Shown: positions 16,963 to 26,904 of the stretch, piece after piece | Numbering within the stretch: position 1 is the stretch's first letter | Layout: each line of letters opens with the position of its first letter | Origin: Hyphomicrobiaceae bacterium | Lineage (GTDB): Bacteria > Pseudomonadota > Alphaproteobacteria > Rhizobiales > Hyphomicrobiaceae | Assembly (NCBI GenBank): GCA_023384095.1 | Contig: JAHDXT010000007.1 | Coordinates: 26,676 to 90,675 of the forward strand | Direction: 5' to 3' | Length of the DNA stretch: 64,000 bases | The notes under the pieces: generated by a model | The model's database searches: none | Seen by the model: only the letters and a program-made list of their open reading frames with translations | Told to the model about the DNA's origin: nothing | Made by a program: the position numbers and the translations under genes

Positions 16963-18138
16963 TCAATCGACCCTTTCCAGAACGTGCGCGAAATTGAGGG
17001 TCGCGACGGCCGCGTGCGTGTCCATCAGTCCGTAGCGCAGATCGGATCGCGGCTGCAGCTCCGGCCAGTAGCGCCCGGATAGAAGGCGCTCGAGCGTCAG
17101 GAGTTGCGCGATTCCCACCGCCCCCGGAGCGCCGCCCTGGCCGATCAGGCCGCCGGACAGATTGACGGGAAGGCGACCGCCCCGGTTGAAATCGCCCGCC
17201 CGCAGCCGCGCCGCTGCCCGCCCCGGCTCCGCCACGCCCAGTGCCTCCAGCGCCTGCAATTCCGCTCCCGAATAGGCGTCGTAGAGCTCGATCACGTCGA
17301 GGCTCCGCGCTTCGATGCCCGCCATGGCGTAGGCTTGCGCCGCTGCCCGCGCCTTGCCCTCGAACCGATCCGGCTCTGGTCGATCGCCGAGGCGAGCGAA
17401 ATCGGTGGCGCACCCGGTGCCGGCAATGCGAACGCGTGGGTGATCCCGCCGCGGCGCGGCTCCACTACGCATCAGCACGGCGGCGGCGGCGCCGTCGCTC
17501 AAGGGGCTGCAATCCAGCAATTTATAGGGAGGATTTACGGGGCGCGAAGCGAGGACGTCCTCGACCGTGATCGCCATCGGCTTGTGGGCGTTCGGGTTGT
17601 GCAAGGCATTGCCGTGGTTCTTGACTGAGACCGCGGCCAGATCGGCTTCCGTCGTGCCGAAGCGACGGCAATGCGCGCTCATCGAGAGGGCATAGAGCGC
17701 GGTGGCGGTAGCACCAGCCATACCCTCCAGATCCGAGTCGAAGGAGATCCCGTAGAGGAAGCGCACGTCGTCGCCCGCCAAGTGACTGGCCGCATGCTCA
17801 TAGCCGATCGCCAGCACGCAACGCGCCAGTCCAGACATGAGGTGGGAGATCGCGACGCGGATTGCGGCGGCGCCGCTGGCTCCGCCGCTCTCGACGCGCA
17901 CGACCGGGCGCGGCACGAGCCCGATCTCGTCCACCATCAGCGGTCCCGGCGCGAGCTGCAGCGAAAGATGGTCCGATTCCGAGGCGACGACGACGAGATC
18001 GACGTCGTCCGGATCGACCGCGGTGTCCTCGTACGCGCCCGCCACTGCCCGGCGCACCCAATCGCGGGGCGTCGATCCATCCCTTCTGCTTCCGAAGGGA
18101 AGCATATGGCCGCCGCAGACGACGACGTCGAGAGTCAC
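16963..18138 (-). CDS. Thiolase-fold protein (SCP-x / BbsB-like)
   Basis: 391 aa with thiolase-like N- and C-domains (VVVASESDH...; GGLIGQGGAPGAVG). Paired with the DUF35 gene. Confidence 0.85.
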   Translation of the reverse strand: MTLDVVVCGGHMLPFGSRRDGSTPRDWVRRAVAGAYEDTAVDPDDVDLVVVASESDHLSLQLAPGPLMVDEIGLVPRPVVRVESGGASGAAAIRVAISHLMSGLARCVLAIGYEHAASHLAGDDVRFLYGISFDSDLEGMAGATATALYALSMSAHCRRFGTTEADLAAVSVKNHGNALHNPNAHKPMAITVEDVLASRPVNPPYKLLDCSPLSDGAAAAVLMRSGAAPRRDHPRVRIAGTGCATDFARLGDRPEPDRFEGKARAAAQAYAMAGIEARSLDVIELYDAYSGAELQALEALGVAEPGRAAARLRAGDFNRGGRLPVNLSGGLIGQGGAPGAVGIAQLLTLERLLSGRYWPELQPRSDLRYGLMDTHAAVATLNFAHVLERVD

Positions 18139-19802
18139 CTCACCTCACCTTCGGTTCCCAGCCGGCGCAGATCCCCGCGCCTGATCTTGCCCGAGCTCGT
18201 CAGCGGAAAGGCCTCGACGAAGACGATCCTGCGCGGGAACTTGTAGGCGGCGAGGTTGCGTTTGACGAAGTTCTGCAGATCCGCGACCAGGCTCTCGTCT
18301 GGAATGTGACCTTCGGCAACTCGGATGAAAGCCGTGACGACCTGCCCGCGCTCCGCATCGGGCAGTCCGATCACGGCAGCCTCGGCGACCGCCGGGTGGC
18401 GCAGAAGGACGTCCTCGACCTCGGTCGGCCCGATCCGGTAGCCGGCGCTCTTGATGAGATCGTCGTTGCGGCCCTGATACCAGTAATAGCCGTCGTCATC
18501 GCGGCGGGCGAGGTCGCGGGTGCGCAGCCATGGTCCCAGGCGCAGGCTTTCCGGCACACCGGCGCCACCCCAATAACCCAAAAAGAGGGTGGCGTCGTCG
18601 GCCGGCGCCACGATCTCGCCGATCTCTCCCGGCGGCAGCTCGTGGCCGTGCTCGTCGACGATCGTCGTGCCGTGTCCCGGATAGGCGCGGCCCATCGAGC
18701 CGGGTCGGATGGGGTAGAGCTTGCGGCAGTTGCCGACGAGATGATTGAACTCGGTCAGCCCGTAGAACTCGTTGCAGACGCAGCCGAGCTCCTCCTCGCA
18801 CCACCGCACGACCTCGCCCGGAAGGCTCTCGCCACCGGTGCAGACGACCCGAAGCCGCAGCGGCCAGCGCTCCCGCGGGCGACGCACCTGGGCGAGACGC
18901 TTGAGGGCCGTGGGGGTCATGAAGGAGTGCGTGACGCCGTGCCGTGCCATGAAGCCGAGCGCCCATTCGGCGTCGAAGCGATGCTGGCTCGCGACGACCG
19001 TCTGGCCGGCCGCCCAGGCCGGCAGAACGAGGTCCAGCAAACCGCCGACCCAGGCCCAGTCCGCCGGCGTCCAGAAGACGAGGTCCGGATCGTCGAGCTC
19101 CATGTCGTAGAAGAGCCGGACGGTGGGCATATAGGCATGCAGGATGCGGTGAGCGTGCAGCAGGCCCTTCGGCAGGCCGGTCGAGCCCGACGTGTACATC
19201 AGCAGGGCCGGCTGGTTCGCGTCCGTCTCGACAGGTGCGTCGAGCGGCGGCTCCGTCGCCAGGAGGTCGGCGAAGGCATGTCCTCCGCGAGGAGCCGACT
19301 CGCCGGCGAGGATCGGAACGGGCGGCTGCGAAAGGCTGCCGAGGGCTTCGCCCACCTGCGCCCATGCGGCGCGCTCGGTTATCACGAAACGTGCGCCGCA
19401 ATCACCGAGTGCGTGGCGCACGGTATCGGGCCCGTAGAGCTGAGACAGTGTGACTACGATCGCCCCGAGCTTATAGATCGCCAGATGAGCGATCGCCGTC
19501 TCGGCGCTCTGCCCGGTATGGACCGCCACCGGCTCGCCGGTCGCGACGCCGAGACGGCGAAGCCCGGCGGCAAGCCGCGTTGCGACTGCATCGAGGGCGG
19601 CGAAGCTCCAGCGCTCGGATTCGCCGTCGCGGTCGACGATCAGCGCCGTCGCCTCCGGGCGCGGGCCGCGTGCGTGGAGCCCGACGGTATCGGCAGCGAT
19701 ATTCGCCTTAGCGGGGAGGACGATCCGGACCGCCCCGCCGCTGTCGCGCTGCAGGCCGAGCCGCTCCAGGACGTCATCGCTCCAGGGTTCGGGCGCACTC
19801 AA
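18135..19802 (-). CDS. AMP-dependent acyl-CoA synthetase/ligase (paralog 1)
   Basis: AMP-binding motif LMYTSGSTGLPKG, YGLTE, GYWG, RTRDLARRDDDGYYWYQGRNDDLIKSAGYRIGP. 4-nt overlap with the thiolase start. Confidence 0.85.
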   Translation of the reverse strand: MSAPEPWSDDVLERLGLQRDSGGAVRIVLPAKANIAADTVGLHARGPRPEATALIVDRDGESERWSFAALDAVATRLAAGLRRLGVATGEPVAVHTGQSAETAIAHLAIYKLGAIVVTLSQLYGPDTVRHALGDCGARFVITERAAWAQVGEALGSLSQPPVPILAGESAPRGGHAFADLLATEPPLDAPVETDANQPALLMYTSGSTGLPKGLLHAHRILHAYMPTVRLFYDMELDDPDLVFWTPADWAWVGGLLDLVLPAWAAGQTVVASQHRFDAEWALGFMARHGVTHSFMTPTALKRLAQVRRPRERWPLRLRVVCTGGESLPGEVVRWCEEELGCVCNEFYGLTEFNHLVGNCRKLYPIRPGSMGRAYPGHGTTIVDEHGHELPPGEIGEIVAPADDATLFLGYWGGAGVPESLRLGPWLRTRDLARRDDDGYYWYQGRNDDLIKSAGYRIGPTEVEDVLLRHPAVAEAAVIGLPDAERGQVVTAFIRVAEGHIPDESLVADLQNFVKRNLAAYKFPRRIVFVEAFPLTSSGKIRRGDLRRLGTEGEVR

Positions 19803-19811
19803 ACCAGGACC

Positions 19812-21122
19812 TCACATCATCTGTCTCGGCAGCCACAACGAGAGCTCCGGAAAAGCGATCAGCAACGCGAGCACGATTATTTCGAGCAGGATGAAGGGTG
19901 TCACCCCGCGCACGACGTGGCCGAAGTTCGTTTCCGCATCGACCGCGCCCAACACTGCGAACAGATTCATCCCGACGGGCGGGGTCACGACGGAAATTTC
20001 GACCAGCTTCACGAGAATGATGCCGAACCAGATCGGATCGATGTTGAAATGGACCACCGCCGGAAAGACGAAGGGCAACGTCACGATCATCATCGATGTC
20101 GTGTCGAGGAAGCAGCCGAGCACGAAGTACAGGAGCGAGGCCAGAACCAGGAACCCCAGCGGGGATCCCGCCAGACTGGTGACGACGGTGACGAACTGGT
20201 CGATCACTCCGGACACAACCAGCATCCGCGAGAAGATCAGTCCACCGATCAGGATCAGGAAGATCACGCAGCTGATCGAGGCGGCATCGCCGAGTGCCGG
20301 CCATAGCCGCTTGAAGAGCCGTCCGCGCAACCGCGCAATGACGAAGAGGAAAGCCCCCGCCGCGCCGATAGCACCCGCCGCCGACGGCGGGAACGCGCCC
20401 GTGTAGATACCGCCGAGGACCACGCCGATGAGGACGACGACCCCCCAAAGCCAGCGCAATGCCGCCAGCCTCTCGACCCAGTCCGGCGCAGTCTTCTGAA
20501 TCGGCGCCAGTTCTGGCCGCACGCGGACGATCACCGCGATGCCCAGGATATAGACGATCGCCGTCAGAATGCCCGGAACGATGCCTGCGATCAGCAAACG
20601 TCCGATGGATTGCTCGGTGATGATCGCGTAGATCACCATCGTGATCGAGGGCGGGATCATCGCCGCAAAGCTGCCCGAGGCGGCGATCGAGCCGATCGAC
20701 AGGCTGCGATTGTAGCCGTACTTCATCATCTCGGGGAAGGCGATCCGAGTGAAGACCACGGCGTTGACGATCGTCGAGCCGGAGACGGCGGCGAAGATCG
20801 CGGAGCCTACGACGACCGCCTGGTAGAGCCCCCCGCGCACCCGTCGCAGCCAGATATCCGCAGCGCGAAAGATCGACTCCGTCAGTCCAGCCAGCTCCGC
20901 GAAGATCCCCATCACAACGAAAAGGGGAAGGATCGCATAAGCGTAGTTGCTGGTGACCGCGTACGGCAGAGAGCGAAGCTGGCCGAGCATGAAATCGGGG
21001 CCGACACCGAAATACATCCCGCCGACCCCGACGACGGCCATCGCGATTCCGACCGGGATCCCGGCAAAGAGGAGAACGAACAGCGCCCCGATGCAGATAT
21101 ATCCGACGGTCAGGAGCTCCAT
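19812..21122 (-). CDS. TRAP transporter large permease (DctM family)
   Basis: 436 aa, highly hydrophobic, typical DctM layout. Overlaps the small permease gene by 13 nt. Confidence 0.9.
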   Translation of the reverse strand: MELLTVGYICIGALFVLLFAGIPVGIAMAVVGVGGMYFGVGPDFMLGQLRSLPYAVTSNYAYAILPLFVVMGIFAELAGLTESIFRAADIWLRRVRGGLYQAVVVGSAIFAAVSGSTIVNAVVFTRIAFPEMMKYGYNRSLSIGSIAASGSFAAMIPPSITMVIYAIITEQSIGRLLIAGIVPGILTAIVYILGIAVIVRVRPELAPIQKTAPDWVERLAALRWLWGVVVLIGVVLGGIYTGAFPPSAAGAIGAAGAFLFVIARLRGRLFKRLWPALGDAASISCVIFLILIGGLIFSRMLVVSGVIDQFVTVVTSLAGSPLGFLVLASLLYFVLGCFLDTTSMMIVTLPFVFPAVVHFNIDPIWFGIILVKLVEISVVTPPVGMNLFAVLGAVDAETNFGHVVRGVTPFILLEIIVLALLIAFPELSLWLPRQMM

Positions 21123-21616
21123 TCGTCAACCTCTGGTGAGCGAGCCAGACCGGCTGTGAGCACGATGTCGGCCAGAGCCTGCACCGTCATGAGGGTGGTG
21201 CCGATTGCGAGAGTGGTGCGAGCCGGCCAGACCGGGAACTGGATGAGCCCGGAGCTGAACTCGCCGATCCGGATGCTGTCCAGAGCCACCTCCCAGCTCA
21301 CGTAGCAGATGATGGCAAAGACCCCGGCGGTCATGACATGACCCAGCAGCTCCAATGCGCGCCGCACGGGGCCAGGGACGACATTGAGGAAGATCTCGAC
21401 CCGCACATGCTGACGCCGCGCCTGCGCCAGCGCGATCGCCAGGAACACGCTCGCCACGAGCAGCGACTCGGTCAGCTCGTATGCGCCGGGTAGCGGATGA
21501 TTGAACACCAGCAATCCGACGACGTCCGCGGTTCCGATCAACATCATGACCAGAACGGCGATCCCGGCGAGAAACGCCCCCAGTCTGTTCAGCATCCCCA
21601 CGACGGGCATCGCCAA
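21110..21616 (-). CDS. TRAP transporter small permease (DctQ family)
   Basis: 168 aa with 4 hydrophobic helices. Lies between the DctP-like and DctM-like genes. Confidence 0.8.
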   Translation of the reverse strand: MAMPVVGMLNRLGAFLAGIAVLVMMLIGTADVVGLLVFNHPLPGAYELTESLLVASVFLAIALAQARRQHVRVEIFLNVVPGPVRRALELLGHVMTAGVFAIICYVSWEVALDSIRIGEFSSGLIQFPVWPARTTLAIGTTLMTVQALADIVLTAGLARSPEVDEWSS

Positions 21617-21680
21617 ATCCCTCGAGCGGTTCTGGAGAGCCGCCGGCGACTCGATGAGCCGCCGGCGAGGAAGAGGCGGA

Positions 21681-22706
21681 TCAACGCCCGGCGACCTCGC
21701 GCCAGATTTTCACCGCCTGCCGAGCGTCGTCGCCTTTGCCCTGAGCTTCCATCCGGGTGACGAGATCGGCAAAGAAATCGGGCATGGCGCCGCGCCATTT
21801 CGTTTTCTCTGCAGCAGGGAAGTCGTGAAACTTGACGCCGCGCTCGGCGAGCACCTTGCGCGCGTTCTCCTGAGCCTTCTTGGTCGCCTCGAGATCCCTG
21901 GCGCGAGCCTCGTCCGAGACTTGCATGAAGATCTTCTGGTGTTCCGGAGAGAGGCGCTGCCAGGCCCGTTCGGAAATCCAGACGCCCCAGCTCGGGCCGA
22001 GCCACAGGGTGATCTCACTGACATGCTTGGCGACCTCGTAGATCTTGTAATTGTCGACGAGATCGACAGAGAAGGGCGCCGTGTCGATGACGCCGCGGCT
22101 CAAGCCTTCATAGATCTCCGGCAGCGACAGGGTGACGGGCACCCCGCCCGCGGCCTGCACCATCCGCGGCATGTCGGTGCCCCAGGTGCGCATGCGCTTG
22201 CCCTGCATCTGGCTGACCGCGGTGATCGGCTCCTTGGACACCAGCAGGTAGGGATTGAGATGGTGGAAGAACAAGGCGCGCACGCCGTTGTCTTTTGCCT
22301 CCTTCGCGAAGCCAGGCACCTCGGTCGCGAGCCGCTTCATCAATTCGCTCGCCTGCTCCACCGTGTCCATCGCCATCGGGATAGAGTTCGGAGCGGCGTG
22401 AAGCGGTAGCTGCGTCGGGAAATACCCCGCCGACATGGCGCCCATGTCGACTGCGCCGTTCTGCATCAGGCTGAGGTTCTCGTTGGCCTTGCCCAGGGCC
22501 TCGGACCAGAAGATCTGGATCTTGACCTCGCCGTTGGTCCTCTTTCCGATCTCGTCGGCAAACCATTGATCGACCTTCGAGCCGGCCGTGGTCGCCGGCC
22601 ACTGCGAATTGAGTCTGAGCGTCGTCTGACTCCAGGCCCCGGTGGCGAGCATCGCCACGAAGGTCGAAGCCAGAGCTATCAGCTTCATTGTCCGGCTGAG
22701 CATCAC
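21681..22706 (-). CDS. TRAP transporter substrate-binding protein (DctP family)
   Basis: Signal peptide MKLIALASTFVAMLATGAWS. DctP-like body with a conserved Arg region (MRTWGTDMP). Confidence 0.9.
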   Translation of the reverse strand: MMLSRTMKLIALASTFVAMLATGAWSQTTLRLNSQWPATTAGSKVDQWFADEIGKRTNGEVKIQIFWSEALGKANENLSLMQNGAVDMGAMSAGYFPTQLPLHAAPNSIPMAMDTVEQASELMKRLATEVPGFAKEAKDNGVRALFFHHLNPYLLVSKEPITAVSQMQGKRMRTWGTDMPRMVQAAGGVPVTLSLPEIYEGLSRGVIDTAPFSVDLVDNYKIYEVAKHVSEITLWLGPSWGVWISERAWQRLSPEHQKIFMQVSDEARARDLEATKKAQENARKVLAERGVKFHDFPAAEKTKWRGAMPDFFADLVTRMEAQGKGDDARQAVKIWREVAGR

Positions 22707-22766
22707 ATTCTCCTCACTTGGTTTCGCTCCTCTTCCACGGAAGCGACTTCGCCCCCGCCCGGGCCT

Positions 22767-24533
22767 CTACTCTGAGGCTTCTTGTTGTTGACGCAACTCT
22801 TTCCGACTGATTTTTCCGGTCACCGTCATCGGGAACTGCTTCACGAAGCGGATCTCGCGCGGGTACTTGAACACCGCGACCTGATCCTTGACGAATGCCC
22901 GCAGCTCCGCTGCCAGCGGTTCGCTCGGCTCGTTGCCGTCGGCCAGGCGCACGAAGGCCGTCACTCGCTGACCACGTTCCGGGTCCGGCAGGCCAACCAC
23001 GGCGGCTTCCGCCACAGCCGGGTGGCACAAGAGCGCGTCCTCTATCTCGGCCGGGCCGATACGATATCCGGCGCTCTTGATCAGGTCGTCGTTGCGGCCC
23101 TGATACCAGAAATACCCATCGGCATCGCGATGGCCGAAATCGCCCGTGCGCACCCAGCGCCCGATGCGCATCGCCCGGGTCCTCTCCGGCTGGCGCCAGT
23201 ATCCGAGGAACAAAGTCGGGTCGTCGTCGCGGGCGGCGATCTCGCCGACGACGCCGTCGGGAGCCCTCTGTCCCTCCGCGTCGATGACGGCGACGTGGTG
23301 GCCTGGATAGCACTTGCCCATGGAGCCGCGCTTGACGGGGTACAGATGCTGGCAATTTCCGACGAGGTGGTTCACCTCCGTGAGGCCATAGAACTCGTTG
23401 ATGGGCACACGCAGGACCTTCTCCGACCAGTCCAGGACCGCGCCCGGAAGCGGCTCCCCCCCGGTTCCGATCGCCCGCAGAGCGAGGTCCGGCCAGCGAA
23501 GCCGCGGCTCGGGAATCTCGGCCATGCGGTTGAGGGCGGTCGGCGTGAGGAAGGTGTGCGTGACGCGGTGGCGCTCCAGGAAGCCGAAAGCCCACTCCGC
23601 GTCGAAGCGCGCCTGGCCGCCGACGACGGTATGGCCGAAATACCAGCCCGTCATCATCACGTTGACGATGCCCGCGATCCAGGACCAGTCGGACGGCGTC
23701 CACAGGACCATGCCCGGCTCGCCCATGTCGAGCTGGTAGAACAGCGAGACCGAGGCGAGATAGCCGAGCAGGAAGCGATGCGCGTGGAGGATGCCCTTCG
23801 GCATCCCGGTGGAGCCGGACGTGTAGAGAAGCAGCGCCGCATCCTCTGCACCGGTTCGGGCAGGCTCGAAACCGATCGCGGCTTGCGTGATGACCCGATC
23901 GAACGGGACCTCATCAAGGCTCGTCGGATTCTCCGCGATCAGGAGCTCCAGCCTCGAGAGGTCGACGCCCGCTGCACGCAGCCGCGCGATCGCGGCGCCC
24001 TGGCTCACCATGACCCTCGCTCCGCTGTCGGCCAGCGCGTGCTCGAGGGTACGTGGGCCGTAGAGCAGGGAAAGGGGGGCGCTGACGGCGCCGAGCTTAT
24101 ATGCAGCAAGCGGCGCGATCGCGGCGCCGAGCCCTTGCGGGGAATAGACGACGACGACGTCACCCTTGCCGACGCCGTTGCGGCGCAGGAAGGATGCGCA
24201 TCGGTCCGACAAGTCGTCGAGCTGGCGATAGGTGAAGCGCTGCGGAGCTCCTTTCCCGTCGTCGCAGACGAGCGCCACCGCGTCGGCCTTCGAGCCGCGC
24301 GCCTGTCGGCCGACGGTAGCAGCCGCCATGTTGAAGCAGGCCGGCGGCTCGAGCCGGAACTGCCGACGGATCTCCTCGAGGCTCACCCCGGAGTTCTTGA
24401 ACGCGTTCACGTCGGTGACGTCGAAGCCAGCCTCATGGGGATCGTCTGTCGTCGAACCCTCCTGGCCGCGCATGACGCCTTCCCCTGGCCGATCTCCCTC
24501 GCTCAGATGGAGCAGTATTGCCAGGTCGGCCAT
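22767..24533 (-). CDS. AMP-dependent acyl-CoA synthetase/ligase (paralog 2)
   Basis: LLYTSGSTGMPKG, YGLTE, GYW, RTGDFGHRDADGYFWYQGRNDDLIKSAGYRIGP. Clearly paralogous to 18135..19802. Start uncertain (24533 or 24473; the ORF reaches 24695 and would overlap the divergent LysR gene). Confidence 0.85.
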   Translation of the reverse strand: MADLAILLHLSEGDRPGEGVMRGQEGSTTDDPHEAGFDVTDVNAFKNSGVSLEEIRRQFRLEPPACFNMAAATVGRQARGSKADAVALVCDDGKGAPQRFTYRQLDDLSDRCASFLRRNGVGKGDVVVVYSPQGLGAAIAPLAAYKLGAVSAPLSLLYGPRTLEHALADSGARVMVSQGAAIARLRAAGVDLSRLELLIAENPTSLDEVPFDRVITQAAIGFEPARTGAEDAALLLYTSGSTGMPKGILHAHRFLLGYLASVSLFYQLDMGEPGMVLWTPSDWSWIAGIVNVMMTGWYFGHTVVGGQARFDAEWAFGFLERHRVTHTFLTPTALNRMAEIPEPRLRWPDLALRAIGTGGEPLPGAVLDWSEKVLRVPINEFYGLTEVNHLVGNCQHLYPVKRGSMGKCYPGHHVAVIDAEGQRAPDGVVGEIAARDDDPTLFLGYWRQPERTRAMRIGRWVRTGDFGHRDADGYFWYQGRNDDLIKSAGYRIGPAEIEDALLCHPAVAEAAVVGLPDPERGQRVTAFVRLADGNEPSEPLAAELRAFVKDQVAVFKYPREIRFVKQFPMTVTGKISRKELRQQQEASE

Positions 24534-24581
24534 AAAGCAAATAAAACGTCTTGATCCGTAGCTATCCGTGAAATTTATGAC

Positions 24582-25496
24582 GTGACCTTTCTCCAGCTCC
24601 AGACCCTGTATTGGATCGTGAGGCTCGGCGGATTCTCCGCAGCCGCGCGGCATCTGAACGCCAGTCAGCCGGCGATCTCGACCCGCATTCGGCAACTGGA
24701 GCTAGCCATCGGGGCCGCGCTGTTCGATCGCGAGCAGCGGGGTCTGCGCCTGACGGCGAAAGGCGAAATGCTCTATGCCGAGGCGGAGCGACTGATCGAT
24801 CACGTGGCGCGAATTCGCTACAATCTCGCCGATCCGCACCTCGTCGATGGAACGGTCCGGCTCGGTGCTGCCGAGCTCATCGCCGTCACCTGGCTTGCTG
24901 CCCTGGTGTCGCGGCTCAACGAGGCCTATCCGAAGGTCCGGGCCGAGCTGGACGTGGACTTGACCCTTCCGCTTCTCGAGAAGCTGAAGGCCGGGCGGCT
25001 CGACATGGTATTGCTGCCCGGACCTATCGCCGACAGCGGCCTCGTGCGCCACTCGGTCGGACGCGCCCGCTTCGCTTGGATGGCGAGCCCCCGCTTCGCC
25101 ATTCCTCGGCGGCCATACCGGCCGGCCGAGCTGACACGCTGGCCGATCATGACGCTGTCCCACCAATCGAACCTGCACCGCGTGCTCGAGGAATGGTTCG
25201 CGGACGACGAAGCCGAGCTGCGGCGCGCCGACGTCTGCAACAGTCTCAGCGTCCTGACGGAGATGGTCGTCGCGGGCATCGGCCTCGGGTATCTGTCATT
25301 GCTGCAGACCGAAGGGATGCGGGAAAGGGGGCTGCTCGAGATCATCGAGACGCAGCCACCGATTGAGGATCTGGAATATCTCGTCGTCTATTCGAGGCGG
25401 GGAACACCGCCCCTTGCCCTGAAGATCGCCGAGCTCGCCGCTGCCGTCAGCAACTTCGACATGGGAAAGCCGGAAGCAGCGATCCGGCCCGCCTGA
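24582..25496 (+). CDS. LysR-family transcriptional regulator (divergent from the CoA-ligase/TRAP operon)
   Basis: GTG start. HTH LQTLYWIVRLGGFSAAARHLNASQPAISTRIRQLE plus a LysR effector domain. Confidence 0.9.
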   Translation: MTFLQLQTLYWIVRLGGFSAAARHLNASQPAISTRIRQLELAIGAALFDREQRGLRLTAKGEMLYAEAERLIDHVARIRYNLADPHLVDGTVRLGAAELIAVTWLAALVSRLNEAYPKVRAELDVDLTLPLLEKLKAGRLDMVLLPGPIADSGLVRHSVGRARFAWMASPRFAIPRRPYRPAELTRWPIMTLSHQSNLHRVLEEWFADDEAELRRADVCNSLSVLTEMVVAGIGLGYLSLLQTEGMRERGLLEIIETQPPIEDLEYLVVYSRRGTPPLALKIAELAAAVSNFDMGKPEAAIRPA

Positions 25497-25714
25497 CCTG
25501 CGCACCGCGACCTTCTACAGTTCTGGGTGATCCGGCATCAGGTTGACCAGCGTGGCGATTCTGAGGTCGACACGAACGAGCACGGTCGCCAGCCCCCACG
25601 TTGCGTCCGCCTCGGGCGAGGCGTCGCAATGCTCGACGCCGCGACCTGCTGATACGTGCTGAAAATCCGGGTTTACGGAGGGTATATCCGGGAACTGGAT
25701 GCAATTCGGAATGG

Positions 25715-26707
25715 TCAAGCCGCGAGCGTCACGCCGCGATAGGCGACGCGACCGCCGTGGGTCTGTCTCTCCGCTCCGAGCCTCGACACGGTGGCATTGA
25801 GCGAGCGCCAGAAGGCAAGATCGGCGACGGGCGTCTTGCCTGCTTCCACGCATCGCTTCCTGTAGGCGTCCCGGGCCTCCATCGCTGTCAGCGAGTGACC
25901 CGGTGCGGGCTTCACCGTCGTCTCGATGAAGGCGTCGGGCTCCAGGCAGTTCTCGACCGTGCGCTTGCGTGTGATCACGGATGTGACGAGCGACAGTGCG
26001 GCCTTTCCGGCTTGCGCCGCCGCCGGCACGACCGCGTTCGACGAGTATCGCTCGCCGGGGTCGAGATCGGCTGCCGAGTGGTTGGCGTAGGTGGCCCAGC
26101 TTGGCGCGTAGTCCTCGGCCTGATCGCCCCACACGCTCCATCCCCGCCGAGGCCCGCGCGCAAACAGCTCGAGGTACGGCCCTTCGCTGCACGCCTCGAT
26201 GATGTCGTACAGCTCATCGGGCTTGCGCGAGTGCTCGCGCTTCTGTGTCTTGATGATGTTGACCTGCCGCCGCCCCGGCGCCTGCGTTCGCGCGTTCTTT
26301 CCACGTACTCCGAACAGGATCAGCTCCGTCGTGTTGCGGAAGTAGAAGCCGACGCCTCGCCCGTCGGGCCCGCCGTCCTTCCGAATCTTGTGCCATACGA
26401 CGTTGCTCTTGTAGGTGAACCCCCAGGCCTCCATCACGCGCAGCCCCTCGGGCAGCAGCGCGTTCGGCACCCAAAGGTAGAGGTGCGCCGGCTCCGCCGC
26501 GATCTGCGCCACCGGCATCCCGAGGATCGCGTCGAGGTCCATCGTGCCGTAGCGGGAGAGCCGTCGATGCTCGGGAGCCATCTTGCCGGTGCGGTTCTGA
26601 AACTGCCACGGCGGATCGGCCAGGATGGTCCTGAAGCGGGTGCCCTCGAATTGCCCGAACATCCGAATCCCCCATTTCAGGTTGACCATATCTTCACAAC
26701 CGTTCAC
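25715..26707 (-). CDS. MT-A70-family N6-adenine DNA methyltransferase with a C-terminal extension of about 130 aa of unknown function
   Basis: Catalytic DPPWQF motif, SRYGTMDLDAI, HLYLWVPN, HSRKPDELY. GTG 26707 overlaps the stop of an upstream frame (GTGA). Alternative ATG at 26689. Confidence 0.85.
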   Translation of the reverse strand: MNGCEDMVNLKWGIRMFGQFEGTRFRTILADPPWQFQNRTGKMAPEHRRLSRYGTMDLDAILGMPVAQIAAEPAHLYLWVPNALLPEGLRVMEAWGFTYKSNVVWHKIRKDGGPDGRGVGFYFRNTTELILFGVRGKNARTQAPGRRQVNIIKTQKREHSRKPDELYDIIEACSEGPYLELFARGPRRGWSVWGDQAEDYAPSWATYANHSAADLDPGERYSSNAVVPAAAQAGKAALSLVTSVITRKRTVENCLEPDAFIETTVKPAPGHSLTAMEARDAYRKRCVEAGKTPVADLAFWRSLNATVSRLGAERQTHGGRVAYRGVTLAA

Positions 26708-26904
26708 GGGATACCAATCAGAAGCAGGGGACAGGGGTTACCCACGCTCCGGTCAACCCGGTCCTTCAGCTTCCGCCAGTGGGTGGTCGCCTCATCGAAC
26801 TTGTCGGAGACGAACACATCGACCCAGACCTGCTTGAAGTCGCCCGTCTTCTCGACCCGCTTTTCTATGAGGTCCTTCTGTCGGGGTTGTCGTCGGCGGA
26901 CCGA
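26704..26904 (-). pseudogene. Start-less reading frame remnant upstream of the MT-A70 gene
   Basis: 66 open codons (..KDLIEKRVEKTGDFKQVWVDVFVSDKFDEATTHWRKLKDRV..) run between an in-frame TAG (26905-26907) and TGA (26704-26706). There is no ATG, and only an internal GTG. Confidence 0.25.
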
